From positions 930,001 to 962,000 of the forward strand of contig OY969425.1 in NCBI GenBank assembly GCA_963699255.1: a DNA stretch of 32,000 nucleotides. The letters run 5' to 3'. The DNA comes from an uncultured bacterium. Lineage in GTDB: Bacteria > Margulisbacteria > WOR-1 > CAVSGV01. How positions within the stretch are numbered: the stretch's first letter is position 1; every line of letters starts with the position of its first letter. The notes beneath the pieces are model-generated. The model was not told the origin of the DNA. It made no database searches and saw only the letters and a program-made list of their open reading frames with translations. This document shows positions 8,241-16,002 of the stretch, piece after piece. Made by a program: the position numbers and the translations under genes.

Positions 8241-8837
8241 AAGCTCAATACGCATATTCACACTCGAACCTCTGCCAGTTATCTCCTGCAACCATCCTAA
8301 ATCGAGCTGTACGCGATGTTCCTGCCGCAACAATATCCTTTTATATCCTGCGCCCCATCTCATCTTACAATCGATTTTCCACGGCCCCTATACCTTGTCC
8401 TGAATGTTTTCGCGTTCTTCTGATCATTTGCGCTCTTACTGACCGATTGCCCCTTTATAAAAATCCAGAAGGAACCTGTGATTTTCACCTGGGCCACGAC
8501 AAATATTTTTCTGGAACGGCCCAGTAGTCTTAATATTTTATTTGCGGCTCCTTTCTTCAAACCTGATATTCATGCTCGAACCCCTCCAAAGTATCGCCGT
8601 ATCCCGCTCCAAACAGATGTTTACGCTGGTTATAGCATCGAACAATATATTTACCTTCTCTCGAAACTAACGCCTTGTATAACTGATTTTTCAAGACCCA
8701 ATACCTTGCTTTTCTCTTACTTTCACGGAAGAAGGCCTCTTTTCTTGTTCATGAACAAGTATCAAGGCCTATTATCATCCTTAGTTATTAACCAATGTAT
8801 TAATACCCTTTTACATACTTTGTATTTATAACTTAAA

Positions 8838-9695
8838 CTATTTAATGTCCTCATTTAAATATTTTAAAGATTTAGGCCTTGCCGGTGGGATAGGGATCAC
8901 TCTGGAAACTTTTGTGGCTATATGTTTATTAAAATGTTGCTCTCCCGTCTTACAGAGAATCAGTCCATGTTCAACAAGAGAGGTCAGAGTTGGGGTTATA
9001 ATAGGCACGGATAAATGAGCGTGTGTTGCAATAAGGGCTTGTGAAGCGATTATGAGATTGCTCGGTTTCAACCCCCTCTTTTTTTCAAGCTCAACGATTC
9101 CGCAGTACGCCTTGAGCTCGGCCAATTTCAGATACTTCCACCATCCCATATAGAAAAAAGTCGGTATACCCATTCCCCGCATTGATCTTTCTCCATTATT
9201 TTTCGGGAAGTGGCTTTTATAGTAAGGGCAGTTGTCTTTGCCTAGAATACAGTACTGGGATAGCGGGCCGTTACATCCATAAACCTTATAGCCTCCTTTA
9301 ATTTTTTGGCCCTCAGCTCCCTGCTTATATGCTGATGGGACACGATACTTCAATTTTTGTGCATCTAATTTTTCTGGTAACCTCGAATTCCATTCATTTA
9401 ACTCTTGCAAGGCCTTTTCCTCAGGAAATCCATACTCCCTAAATTCTGTTGCGAGAATGAAGGCTGAATCATTTCTTGAGCCCTTAACTGCCCCAGTTGC
9501 CCAAAGGTATGCCACACAAGGCTTAATGACATCACAGGACACATTCAGTACATTAGACATATTTCGAACATGCTGTAATGCCTCAATCTCAGTATCGGTG
9601 TTTATGGTCTTTTCAATCATTGTTTCTCTAGCTTTCATTACAAGGACAATCCTTTTTACGATTTTTCTCTCATTCGGGTTTGCATGTATTGACAT
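8838..9695 (-). CDS. Replication/primase-associated protein with a PriCT-like helical domain, a Cys cluster and a C-terminal winged-HTH-like region
   Basis: KGSRNDSAFILATEFREYGFPEEKALQELNEWNSRLPEKLDAQKLKYRVPSAYKQ fits the PriCT_1 pattern (G.RN..lf.lA..l...G.s.e.....l..wN......L...E....v.SAyk). The palindrome TTGACA-TG-TGTCAA (9689-9702) spans the start codon. Confidence 0.65.
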   Translation of the reverse strand: MSIHANPNERKIVKRIVLVMKARETMIEKTINTDTEIEALQHVRNMSNVLNVSCDVIKPCVAYLWATGAVKGSRNDSAFILATEFREYGFPEEKALQELNEWNSRLPEKLDAQKLKYRVPSAYKQGAEGQKIKGGYKVYGCNGPLSQYCILGKDNCPYYKSHFPKNNGERSMRGMGIPTFFYMGWWKYLKLAELKAYCGIVELEKKRGLKPSNLIIASQALIATHAHLSVPIITPTLTSLVEHGLILCKTGEQHFNKHIATKVSRVIPIPPARPKSLKYLNEDIK

Positions 9696-9876
9696 GTGTC
9701 AACCCAATATAGAAAGTTCACAGCCTTCGTTGTATGATAAAAATCTAGGCACCAACCTCAAGCCACTTACAGGCGGTTGTTATGCCTCTTATTATTTATA
9801 ATATGTCCGGGCTGGGTACCAATACCTTTTCTCTCAATGAACCTCCTCCCGTGTCTCAGTTACCTAACACTTTTCA

Positions 9877-10035
9877 TCACCCTGTCACTGAGGCATTATT
9901 TTTCGCCTCCCTCTTTTTACGTGTGAATAGTGCTTCCTTGATTTGGGCTAAGCGCTTGTGTCAAGGTTGCGAATTTCGACATCGATATCTTCCAGTTCCC
10001 CTTTTGAATAAATCGTGTCATAACAACTTCCTCCC
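9877..10035 (-). pseudogene. Relic 3' end of a second parB-like gene
   Basis: 9916-10001 aligns with 10556-10647 (the 3' end of the intact ParB-like gene) at roughly 75-80% identity, with a 7-nt deletion. It translates to GELEDIDVEIRNLDTSA-stop and then, in another frame, LAQIKEALFTRKKRE..., against GSEAIDVEIQNLGTIISRLGLIREALIKRKDK in the intact gene. Confidence 0.6.
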
Positions 10036-10047
10036 CGTATGATTATT

Positions 10048-10503
10048 TTAGTGATGGTGGAAGTTCCCCCTATCAATTCCCCTTAAAAAGTAATCGTTTT
10101 TATCACGGATTATCCACTTGAATGCAAAATCCTCGGCTATAGCTATGTCATCTTCTTCTCCAATTTCAACTTTTTTAATATTTTCACCGGATATCATTCC
10201 AGGTAAATATGCCAATATCATCATTTCCTCTTCATTATCTTGTTGACCAGATAAATATTTTTGAGCCTTAAGTAAGACACCTGCCAATTTAGCCCGATCA
10301 AACACCGAAGCAAAAGGATACTCGGCGTAAATGTTATCTTGTACATAATATTTGTTTTCTATTATCGCTTCATTCAGGGTTTTACCATTATCCATTCTTA
10401 TTAATACGTCCATCAAAGTATTAAAAGCATATTCCCCCAAAGACCCTACATATTCTTTTGCCCCGTCTTCGTAAATCACATAGATGTCTTCCATTTCAAC
10501 CAT
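10048..10503 (-). CDS. Hypothetical strongly acidic protein (151 aa; may start at ATG 10494)
   Basis: Asp/Glu residues clearly outnumber Lys/Arg. The protein ends in HHH. A GGAG abuts the first ATG, so the second ATG 9 nt downstream is the more likely start. Confidence 0.6.
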   Translation of the reverse strand: MVEMEDIYVIYEDGAKEYVGSLGEYAFNTLMDVLIRMDNGKTLNEAIIENKYYVQDNIYAEYPFASVFDRAKLAGVLLKAQKYLSGQQDNEEEMMILAYLPGMISGENIKKVEIGEEDDIAIAEDFAFKWIIRDKNDYFLRGIDRGNFHHH

Positions 10504-10525
10504 CTCCTTTGTTCACACCTATTAT

Positions 10526-11833
10526 TCAGCGCCCTCTTTTATGCACCCCTTTATCTTTACGTTTGATTAGCGCTTCCCTGATTAGCCCTAGGCGCGAAAT
10601 GATTGTGCCAAGGTTTTGAATTTCAACATCGATAGCTTCTGATCCCCTCAGCAAATCGGGTATTATAATTTGCAAGTCTTGGTCGATAATCATGTCAAGA
10701 AACCTACAGATCGAGCCGATTGCTTTTCTATAATTCTGATAAACCCAATCTTCGGAAGTTTTACGTGTGGTTTCCTTATCAGCTCCCGGCATTAACATCT
10801 GTGAATCTTTTTGACGGATAGCTCGAATGGCATTCACAACATTACTATAGCTACATTTCTCAAAGTCCATATTCTCCGCCAGCTTTATGCGTTGATCAGG
10901 GTTAAGTGATGTTAATTGACTCACGGCTTCTGCTGGCACCTGACCCTCTCGTATCAATTTCTGCCAATAAGCATCTAAGTCCAGTACTGCGAGCTTGTTT
11001 ACGAGTGCTAGTTCAGATAATCCGGTGACTTTCATTGCTTTTTCGACCTCCAAACCATCGTTTGCAAAATTTGCAAGCTCAGTCCCGCCTTCGGTGGTTA
11101 CCTCATCCTTACCCAATGCCTGACAAATGCCCCTTGCTTCCTCAATAGGCGTAAGGTTATCCCTATGCATATTTTCGTGAATGGAAACTTGTTTTGCCTT
11201 TTCGTCAGAATAATTCTGAACTATGGCCTGTATCGTTGTTAAGCCAGCGATTCCATGTGCCCTGAACCTTCTCTCGCCAGCAACAACCTCATAGCCATCC
11301 TTATTTGGCCTTACGATTATTGGCTCGATAAGCCCAATCCCTTTAATAGACTCCGCCAACTCCCGCAAACTGGTCTCAGTAAAGCTTCTCCGAGGTTGGA
11401 CATCGCACGGCGTAATCTTTGATATGGGGATTTCATGAACTTGGGCGATGACCTTTTCATTGTCATTATGGGACTGCGGATGCAACTCCTTTTCAATGGC
11501 GCTCACAGTCAACTTGTCTTCAATGATACGCTTAACCCATTTGTCCCTTTCAGCCTGATCTTCTAATGTAAGCAACAGCCGGCATTTGGCCACCCCCAAA
11601 TGTTGCATCGATTCAACATCAAGTTGCTCTACTACACGAATAAGCTCGTAGGCGTTGGAACGATGCATATCGACATCCTTTTCAAGATATTCCTCGAACG
11701 TCTTGTATTTTTCCTTATACAAGCGGCCGTCTCGTATCTGCTTCAACCTTATCCCAATCTCCCAGCTATTTTTCCGGATATCGTTCCGCAAACTTACAAT
11801 CTCATCAGTCAATTTCTTTAACATTGCCATCAT
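10526..11833 (-). CDS. ParB/Srx-domain protein (ParB-like nuclease N-terminal domain with long flanking helical regions)
   Basis: DVQPRRSFTETSLRELAESIKGIGLIEPIIVRPNKDGYEVVAGERRFRAHGIAGLTTIQAIV ... IHENMHRDNLTPIEEA is the ParB N-domain box (GERR). The start may be ATG 11824, given the GGAG position. Confidence 0.85.
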   Translation of the reverse strand: MMAMLKKLTDEIVSLRNDIRKNSWEIGIRLKQIRDGRLYKEKYKTFEEYLEKDVDMHRSNAYELIRVVEQLDVESMQHLGVAKCRLLLTLEDQAERDKWVKRIIEDKLTVSAIEKELHPQSHNDNEKVIAQVHEIPISKITPCDVQPRRSFTETSLRELAESIKGIGLIEPIIVRPNKDGYEVVAGERRFRAHGIAGLTTIQAIVQNYSDEKAKQVSIHENMHRDNLTPIEEARGICQALGKDEVTTEGGTELANFANDGLEVEKAMKVTGLSELALVNKLAVLDLDAYWQKLIREGQVPAEAVSQLTSLNPDQRIKLAENMDFEKCSYSNVVNAIRAIRQKDSQMLMPGADKETTRKTSEDWVYQNYRKAIGSICRFLDMIIDQDLQIIIPDLLRGSEAIDVEIQNLGTIISRLGLIREALIKRKDKGVHKRGR

Positions 11834-12184
11834 CTCCTTTTCTTGCTGAACCCGCTCACCTGATTTGCGTTAACCTTTAACCGCCTCCCGTATCTATATC
11901 AGGATTTGTGGCGAGGAATTTCTTCGGTAATTCTTTTGATGTTTCCGTATGGCTTAGGGACAGTGGAAATACCACATTAATTGAAACTGAAGAGAATCAT
12001 AACGATGCTAATGAGTAGGAGAAGTGATTGACAGTAATTATTTCCCAGCCACCCGTGGTACACCCAACAGCCAAGAATCTGTGTAATATCATGGGCTATT
12101 TGGACACCATAGAAAGAAGCCGAAACCCTTTATTTATAAAAGAATCTCGGCTTTTTCTTGTTAATATGCTACAATTTAATAACT

Positions 12185-12350
<166 letters not shown>

Positions 12351-12459
12351 TTAAATATTATCTGCTTTAGCAGTAAAAAAGAAGGCTTTTAAGAGATTAA
12401 TCTTAAAGTTAAAGGTCTTTTTTGTTGCCATCTAACAAATATCTAATATATACATACAC

Positions 12460-12488
12460 TTGACAAAAATCTCAATTGTTGTATTATT
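12460..12488 (+). promoter_or_regulatory. Putative sigma-70-type promoter of the DUF134 operon
   Basis: TTGACA (12460-12465), a 16-nt spacer, then TATTAT (12482-12487), ~30 nt upstream of ATG 12519. Confidence 0.45.
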
Positions 12489-12518
12489 AGCATATGCCAA
12501 TAACTAATTGGAATATAT

Positions 12519-13025
12519 ATGCCAAGACCCTGTAAATGTAGATGGGTTAGAGGAAGACCTAATTCCAGGTACTTTAAGCCGCAAGGAATCCCGCTGTCAT
12601 CACTTGAAGAAGTTGTTTTGACTGTTGATGAATATGAAGCTGTCCGACTTGCGGACCTTGACGGTATGTACCAGGAAGATGCTGCAAAGAAAATGAATAT
12701 TTCAAGGCAGACCTTTGGAAATATCATTGAGGCAGCGCGCAAGAAGATCGCGGATGCGATAGTGAACGGAAAAGCATTAAAGATAGAAGGAGGTGTTATT
12801 AAAATGATGGAAAAACAATTTATTTGTAATGATTGCAAAAATGAATGGACCATGCCCTATGAAACAGGAAGGCCCATGGAATGTCCAAAATGCAAGAGCA
12901 AGAACATCCACCGTGCTCCTCAGGATAGAGGTTGTAACCTTTCTGGCGGCAGGCAGGGAAGAGGGATGAGAGGCAATGGCAGGGGATGCGGCAGAGGATC
13001 TGGAATGGCTCAGACTGCAAAATAA
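12519..13025 (+). CDS. DUF134/UPF0251-family DNA-binding protein with a C-terminal zinc ribbon and an Arg/Gly-rich tail
   Basis: MPRPCKCRWVRGRPNSRYFKPQGIP..LTVDEYEAVRLADLDGMYQEDAAKKMNISRQTFGNIIEAARKKIADAI is the DUF134 pattern. It is followed by CNDC..CPKC and the tail GGRQGRGMRGNGRGCGRGSG. Confidence 0.8.
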   Translation: MPRPCKCRWVRGRPNSRYFKPQGIPLSSLEEVVLTVDEYEAVRLADLDGMYQEDAAKKMNISRQTFGNIIEAARKKIADAIVNGKALKIEGGVIKMMEKQFICNDCKNEWTMPYETGRPMECPKCKSKNIHRAPQDRGCNLSGGRQGRGMRGNGRGCGRGSGMAQTAK

Positions 13026-13046
13026 TAAAAGGAAGGTGAGCAAGTT

Positions 13047-13412
13047 TTGAAAATATGTATACCAACAACAACTAAAGATGGCATGTCCGCAAAAGTATAT
13101 GAACACTTTGGAAGCGCGCCATATTTCACGATCGTTGATATTGAAAATGCTGCTATCGAAATATTAGATAACACTAATTCGCATCATATGCATGGCATGT
13201 GCCAGCCGATGGATGCTTTAAACGGCAAAAAGATCGATGCCGTGATAAGCGGGGGAATGGGGGCAAGAGCTGTTAATAAATTGAACCAAGGCGGGATAAA
13301 AGTATTGCGCTCAAATGGCCTTACGGTAGAAGATACAGTCAAGAACTATAAAAGCGACAAGCTAAAACCTATAACCATAGAAAGCGCATGCATGGACCAT
13401 TCTTGTCATTAG
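13047..13412 (+). CDS. NifB-C/NifX/NafY-like small domain protein (dinitrogenase FeMo-cofactor-biosynthesis fold)
   Basis: MKICIPT...VYEHFGSAPYFTIVD...HGMCQP..AL...KIDAVISGGMGARAVNKLNQGGIKV. TTG start preceded by a GGAAGGTGA Shine-Dalgarno. Confidence 0.75.
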   Translation: MKICIPTTTKDGMSAKVYEHFGSAPYFTIVDIENAAIEILDNTNSHHMHGMCQPMDALNGKKIDAVISGGMGARAVNKLNQGGIKVLRSNGLTVEDTVKNYKSDKLKPITIESACMDHSCH

Positions 13413-13424
13413 GAATAGGGCTTT

Positions 13425-14429
13425 ATGAAAAAACCCTTTGCCAGTCCAGATAAACATGTATTGAGGTATTTTCCCTCATTTATTACCGTTTCTGCCGGCA
13501 GGGTTGTAAACATAACGGAGCCTTCTCTTACTTCATGTCCTCTAGCCTGCCATTTCTTCAAAGACTTTAAGAACAGCGGGAAACCGCACAGTAAACCAAT
13601 AAAACAGATCATTAAAAAAGCTATAGAGTCACAAATAAAGGAATATGGATTCTATACAAGTAAAAGACTGTTGCTTATTAGAGATATTACAACACCTTAT
13701 GGCGCATCTGAAATATTAATGTGCACCCTGAAAAAGAAAGAGATCGATGCGGCTGTTATTGTCTGTGATGGAGCAGGGACGGTTATCACGGATAACGGAG
13801 ACCTTGTACAGGGGATAGGGGCAAAGATGAACAGTTTATTCTTAACCTCACCCATAAAAAAAACTATATCCCGAATAAATAAGCTTGGCGGTCACGTAGT
13901 ATCAGAAAGTGCCGCTATCGATCAGATAAAAGGAGTAGAGAGAGCTATACAAATGGGATATAAAAATATAGCTGTAACTGTAAATGGTTATAGTTCTTCA
14001 GACAGCTTAATAAAGATACGGAAACTCGAGAAAAAACATAAGGTAAGAACAACTATTCTCGTCGTCTGCACAACTGGGGTTAATAATAGAATTGTGGCGA
14101 AAATAAAGAAATATGCGGACATTGTCTGGAGCTGTGCTTCTCAGGAAATAAGAAAGGATATCGGAGCTGTTGCGTTGCTGCAGATATCAAAACCGATACC
14201 AGTATTTGTATTGACCGAGAAAGGTTTGGGATTGGCCGCTGCATATGAGCATGGAGGATCTATCCTTAGGTCATTGGACATTAAAAAACAATATTTGATC
14301 TCAAATGAGACTGGTGGGCGGCCAATAAAACTCGGGTTCCTTAATGCATTCTTATGTGAGAAGAAGCTGCCGGTGTTATCAAACACACGAACAATGCATT
14401 GTTATAAGAACAATAGGATGGGCAATTAA
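13425..14429 (+). CDS. DUF2099-like protein (family of methanogenesis marker protein 8)
   Basis: EILMCTLKKKEIDAAVIVCDGAGTVITDNGDLVQGIGAKMNSLFLTSPIKKTISRINKLGGHVVSESAAIDQIKGVERAIQMGYKNIAVTV and ...YADIVWSCASQEIR.. resemble my recollection of the DUF2099 consensus. No search was run. Confidence 0.5.
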   Translation: MKKPFASPDKHVLRYFPSFITVSAGRVVNITEPSLTSCPLACHFFKDFKNSGKPHSKPIKQIIKKAIESQIKEYGFYTSKRLLLIRDITTPYGASEILMCTLKKKEIDAAVIVCDGAGTVITDNGDLVQGIGAKMNSLFLTSPIKKTISRINKLGGHVVSESAAIDQIKGVERAIQMGYKNIAVTVNGYSSSDSLIKIRKLEKKHKVRTTILVVCTTGVNNRIVAKIKKYADIVWSCASQEIRKDIGAVALLQISKPIPVFVLTEKGLGLAAAYEHGGSILRSLDIKKQYLISNETGGRPIKLGFLNAFLCEKKLPVLSNTRTMHCYKNNRMGN

Positions 14430-14432
14430 ACA

Positions 14433-15140
14433 ATGGACCTAACCCTTGTAGCCGAAGGCTCAACCGGGTGGCAGAGGTTCATTAAACACTGGGGGATTTC
14501 CTTTATTGTTGGGGATGTGTTATTTGATACTTTCGGCAGAGATGTTGTTTTCCGGAAGAATATCAAAAAGTTCAAGATAGACATTTTAAAGATCAAAAAA
14601 GTGGTGATCTCCCATGATGACTGGGACCATATAGCAGGATTGGGAAATTTCCTTGTTCGTAAACCCGATGTCCCGGTATACATATGTAAGAATTCCGCTC
14701 AAAGCCTTAAAGAGATCATAAAGAAAAGCGGCAATCCGTTACATGAGGTTGATAAGCTTACAGAGATATCTCCTGATATATTTTCTCTGGGCGAGCAGCG
14801 CGTAAAAACCGCTCATGGAGTAGTGTGTGAGCAGGCATTGGCGGTAAGATCCGATAAAGGGCTATCAATAATAACCGGCTGCGCACATCCGGGGATCGTT
14901 AATATAGTTAAGCTTGCCATTAGGGAACTCAAAGAAGCTCCTTATCTGGTTTGCGGCGGTTTTCATTTGAAGGATGATTCTCAGGATGAGGTTATGAAGG
15001 TGATATACGAACTTGGCGGGCTTGGCGTCAAGAAAGTGATACCACTACACTGCACAGGCAAGGTCGCTCAGAGATCGTTTAGATCGATATACGCTGATAA
15101 TTGCATCGATATTTCTGCAGGGGATCGTTTGGATATCTAA
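14433..15140 (+). CDS. Metallo-beta-lactamase-fold protein
   Basis: VVISHDDWDHIAGL (an H-x-D-x-D-H variant of the HxHxDH motif), later GCAHPG and IPLHCTG metal-ligand-like motifs. The start lies 3 nt after the upstream stop. Confidence 0.7.
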   Translation: MDLTLVAEGSTGWQRFIKHWGISFIVGDVLFDTFGRDVVFRKNIKKFKIDILKIKKVVISHDDWDHIAGLGNFLVRKPDVPVYICKNSAQSLKEIIKKSGNPLHEVDKLTEISPDIFSLGEQRVKTAHGVVCEQALAVRSDKGLSIITGCAHPGIVNIVKLAIRELKEAPYLVCGGFHLKDDSQDEVMKVIYELGGLGVKKVIPLHCTGKVAQRSFRSIYADNCIDISAGDRLDI

Positions 15141-15179
15141 GCTTATCCGCCCTCTATCTAACAACTCAACTCTACCGAG

Positions 15180-15208
15180 TTGACATAAATGCTCATATAT
15201 CGTATAAT
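15180..15208 (+). promoter_or_regulatory. Consensus sigma-70 promoter (TTGACA-17-TATAAT)
   Basis: TTGACA at 15180-15185, an exact 17-nt spacer, TATAAT at 15203-15208. The ArsR ATG lies only 9 nt after the -10 element. Confidence 0.65.
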
Positions 15209-15227
15209 CTAGATATTATGATATATG
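15194..15227. promoter_or_regulatory. Dyad-symmetric candidate ArsR operator overlapping the -10 element and the start codon
   Basis: CATATATC (15194-15201) and GATATATG (15220-15227) form a perfect 8-bp inverted repeat, with an inner ATAAT-CTAGAT-ATTAT dyad. Confidence 0.45.
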
Positions 15228-15478
15228 ATTATGATGGAATCGCAAATAAGCTGAAGGCGCTCGGACATCCGGTAAGGCTGAAAATAGCCAAGGGGCTGTT
15301 TAAAGACGGATGTAACGTTAACAAGATCGTGGAAGAGCTAAAACTGCCGCAATCGACGATCTCGCAGCATATCACGATATTAAAGAATGCCGGGATAATA
15401 GCGGGGGTAAGGAACGGGGTAAAGATATGTTATAAGGTAGTTGACAGGTTTACTCAACAATTATTAAAGGGGGTATGA
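15218..15478 (+). CDS. ArsR/SmtB-family transcriptional regulator (86 aa from ATG 15218)
   Basis: LKALGHPVRLKIAKGLFKDGCNVNKIVEELKLPQSTISQHITILKNAGII is the ArsR wHTH signature. The 15101 start in the ORF track would read through the promoter. Confidence 0.85.
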   Translation: MIYDYDGIANKLKALGHPVRLKIAKGLFKDGCNVNKIVEELKLPQSTISQHITILKNAGIIAGVRNGVKICYKVVDRFTQQLLKGV

Positions 15479-15481
15479 ATA

Positions 15482-15805
15482 ATGGGTACAGTAAAAAATA
15501 TAACAGATAACGATTTTGATGCGGAAGTTGGAGCCAGTAAAGGCATTACATTGGTGGATTTTTGGGCTCCGTGGTGCGGACCGTGCAAAATGATGGCGCT
15601 GGTATATGAAAAGGCAGCTGAGAAATTCAATAAAATAAAGTTCTGCAAGATCAACACCGATGAAAACCCTATTAAACCAGGGCAGTCGGATATATCTGGT
15701 ATCCCATGTATCGTGGTTTATAAAGACGGGAAAGAGATCGACCGCCTTATAGGCTTTCGCGAGCAGAAGAATTTTGAATCTGCACTGATGCGGTTAGATA
15801 AATAG
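15482..15805 (+). CDS. trxA: Thioredoxin
   Basis: DFWAPWCGPCK active site, ~107 aa, IPCIVVYKDGKE. The start lies 3 nt after the ArsR stop. Confidence 0.9.
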   Translation: MGTVKNITDNDFDAEVGASKGITLVDFWAPWCGPCKMMALVYEKAAEKFNKIKFCKINTDENPIKPGQSDISGIPCIVVYKDGKEIDRLIGFREQKNFESALMRLDK

Positions 15806-15814
15806 GATCTAATT

Positions 15815-15994
15815 ATGCCAAAAGTAGTTAACTATCTTTGTCCCCAGAATCATCCATGTCCATGCGTGCCTGTATGCCCAGTAAAGGCTATAACCCAGAA
15901 GGGCTATGATGCTCCTGTCATAGATATGTCCATATGCACAAAATGCGAGAAATGCGTAAAAGTATGCCCTATGGGAGCGGTCCAAAAGGACTGA
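15815..15994 (+). CDS. Small 4Fe-4S ferredoxin-like protein (59 aa, below the ORF-track cutoff)
   Basis: Hand translation gives MPKVVNYLCPQNHPCPCVPVCPVKAITQKGYDAPVIDMSICTKCEKCVKVCPMGAVQKD. It has one canonical CxxCxxCxxxCP motif and one atypical Cys cluster. An AGGA lies 7 nt upstream. Confidence 0.65.
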   Translation: MPKVVNYLCPQNHPCPCVPVCPVKAITQKGYDAPVIDMSICTKCEKCVKVCPMGAVQKD

Positions 15995-16002
15995 TATAAA
16001 CC

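Noticed and set aside
8262-8588. Two similar RBS-plus-start modules, ATATTCACACTCGAACCTCTGCC (from 8262) and ATATTCATGCTCGAACCCCTCC (from 8566), encoding 9- and 11-aa peptides on the minus strand
   Set aside because: The roughly 19/22 identity between them is not significant on its own in an all-against-all sense, and the peptides are too short to evaluate. I mention them only as part of the spacer description.
8102-8831. ORF-track entries 8102-8527 (+), 8360-8560 (-) and 8478-8831 (+)
   Set aside because: They are low-complexity translations with no Shine-Dalgarno. They overlap each other, and two are antisense to the operon direction. They are probably non-coding.
12428-12448. The 21-mer CCATCTAACAAATATCTAATA resembles CCATCTAACATTTATCTAACA at 26335-26355 (18/21), both near island edges
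   Set aside because: A rough all-against-all expectation for 18/21 matches in 32 kb of AT-rich sequence is well above one, so this is compatible with chance. TCTAACA also occurs elsewhere, for example near 15146 and 16855.
15101-15217. N-terminal extension of the ArsR ORF back to 15101
   Set aside because: The extension contains the consensus promoter itself and adds no ArsR-like sequence. ATG 15218 gives a normal-length ArsR protein.
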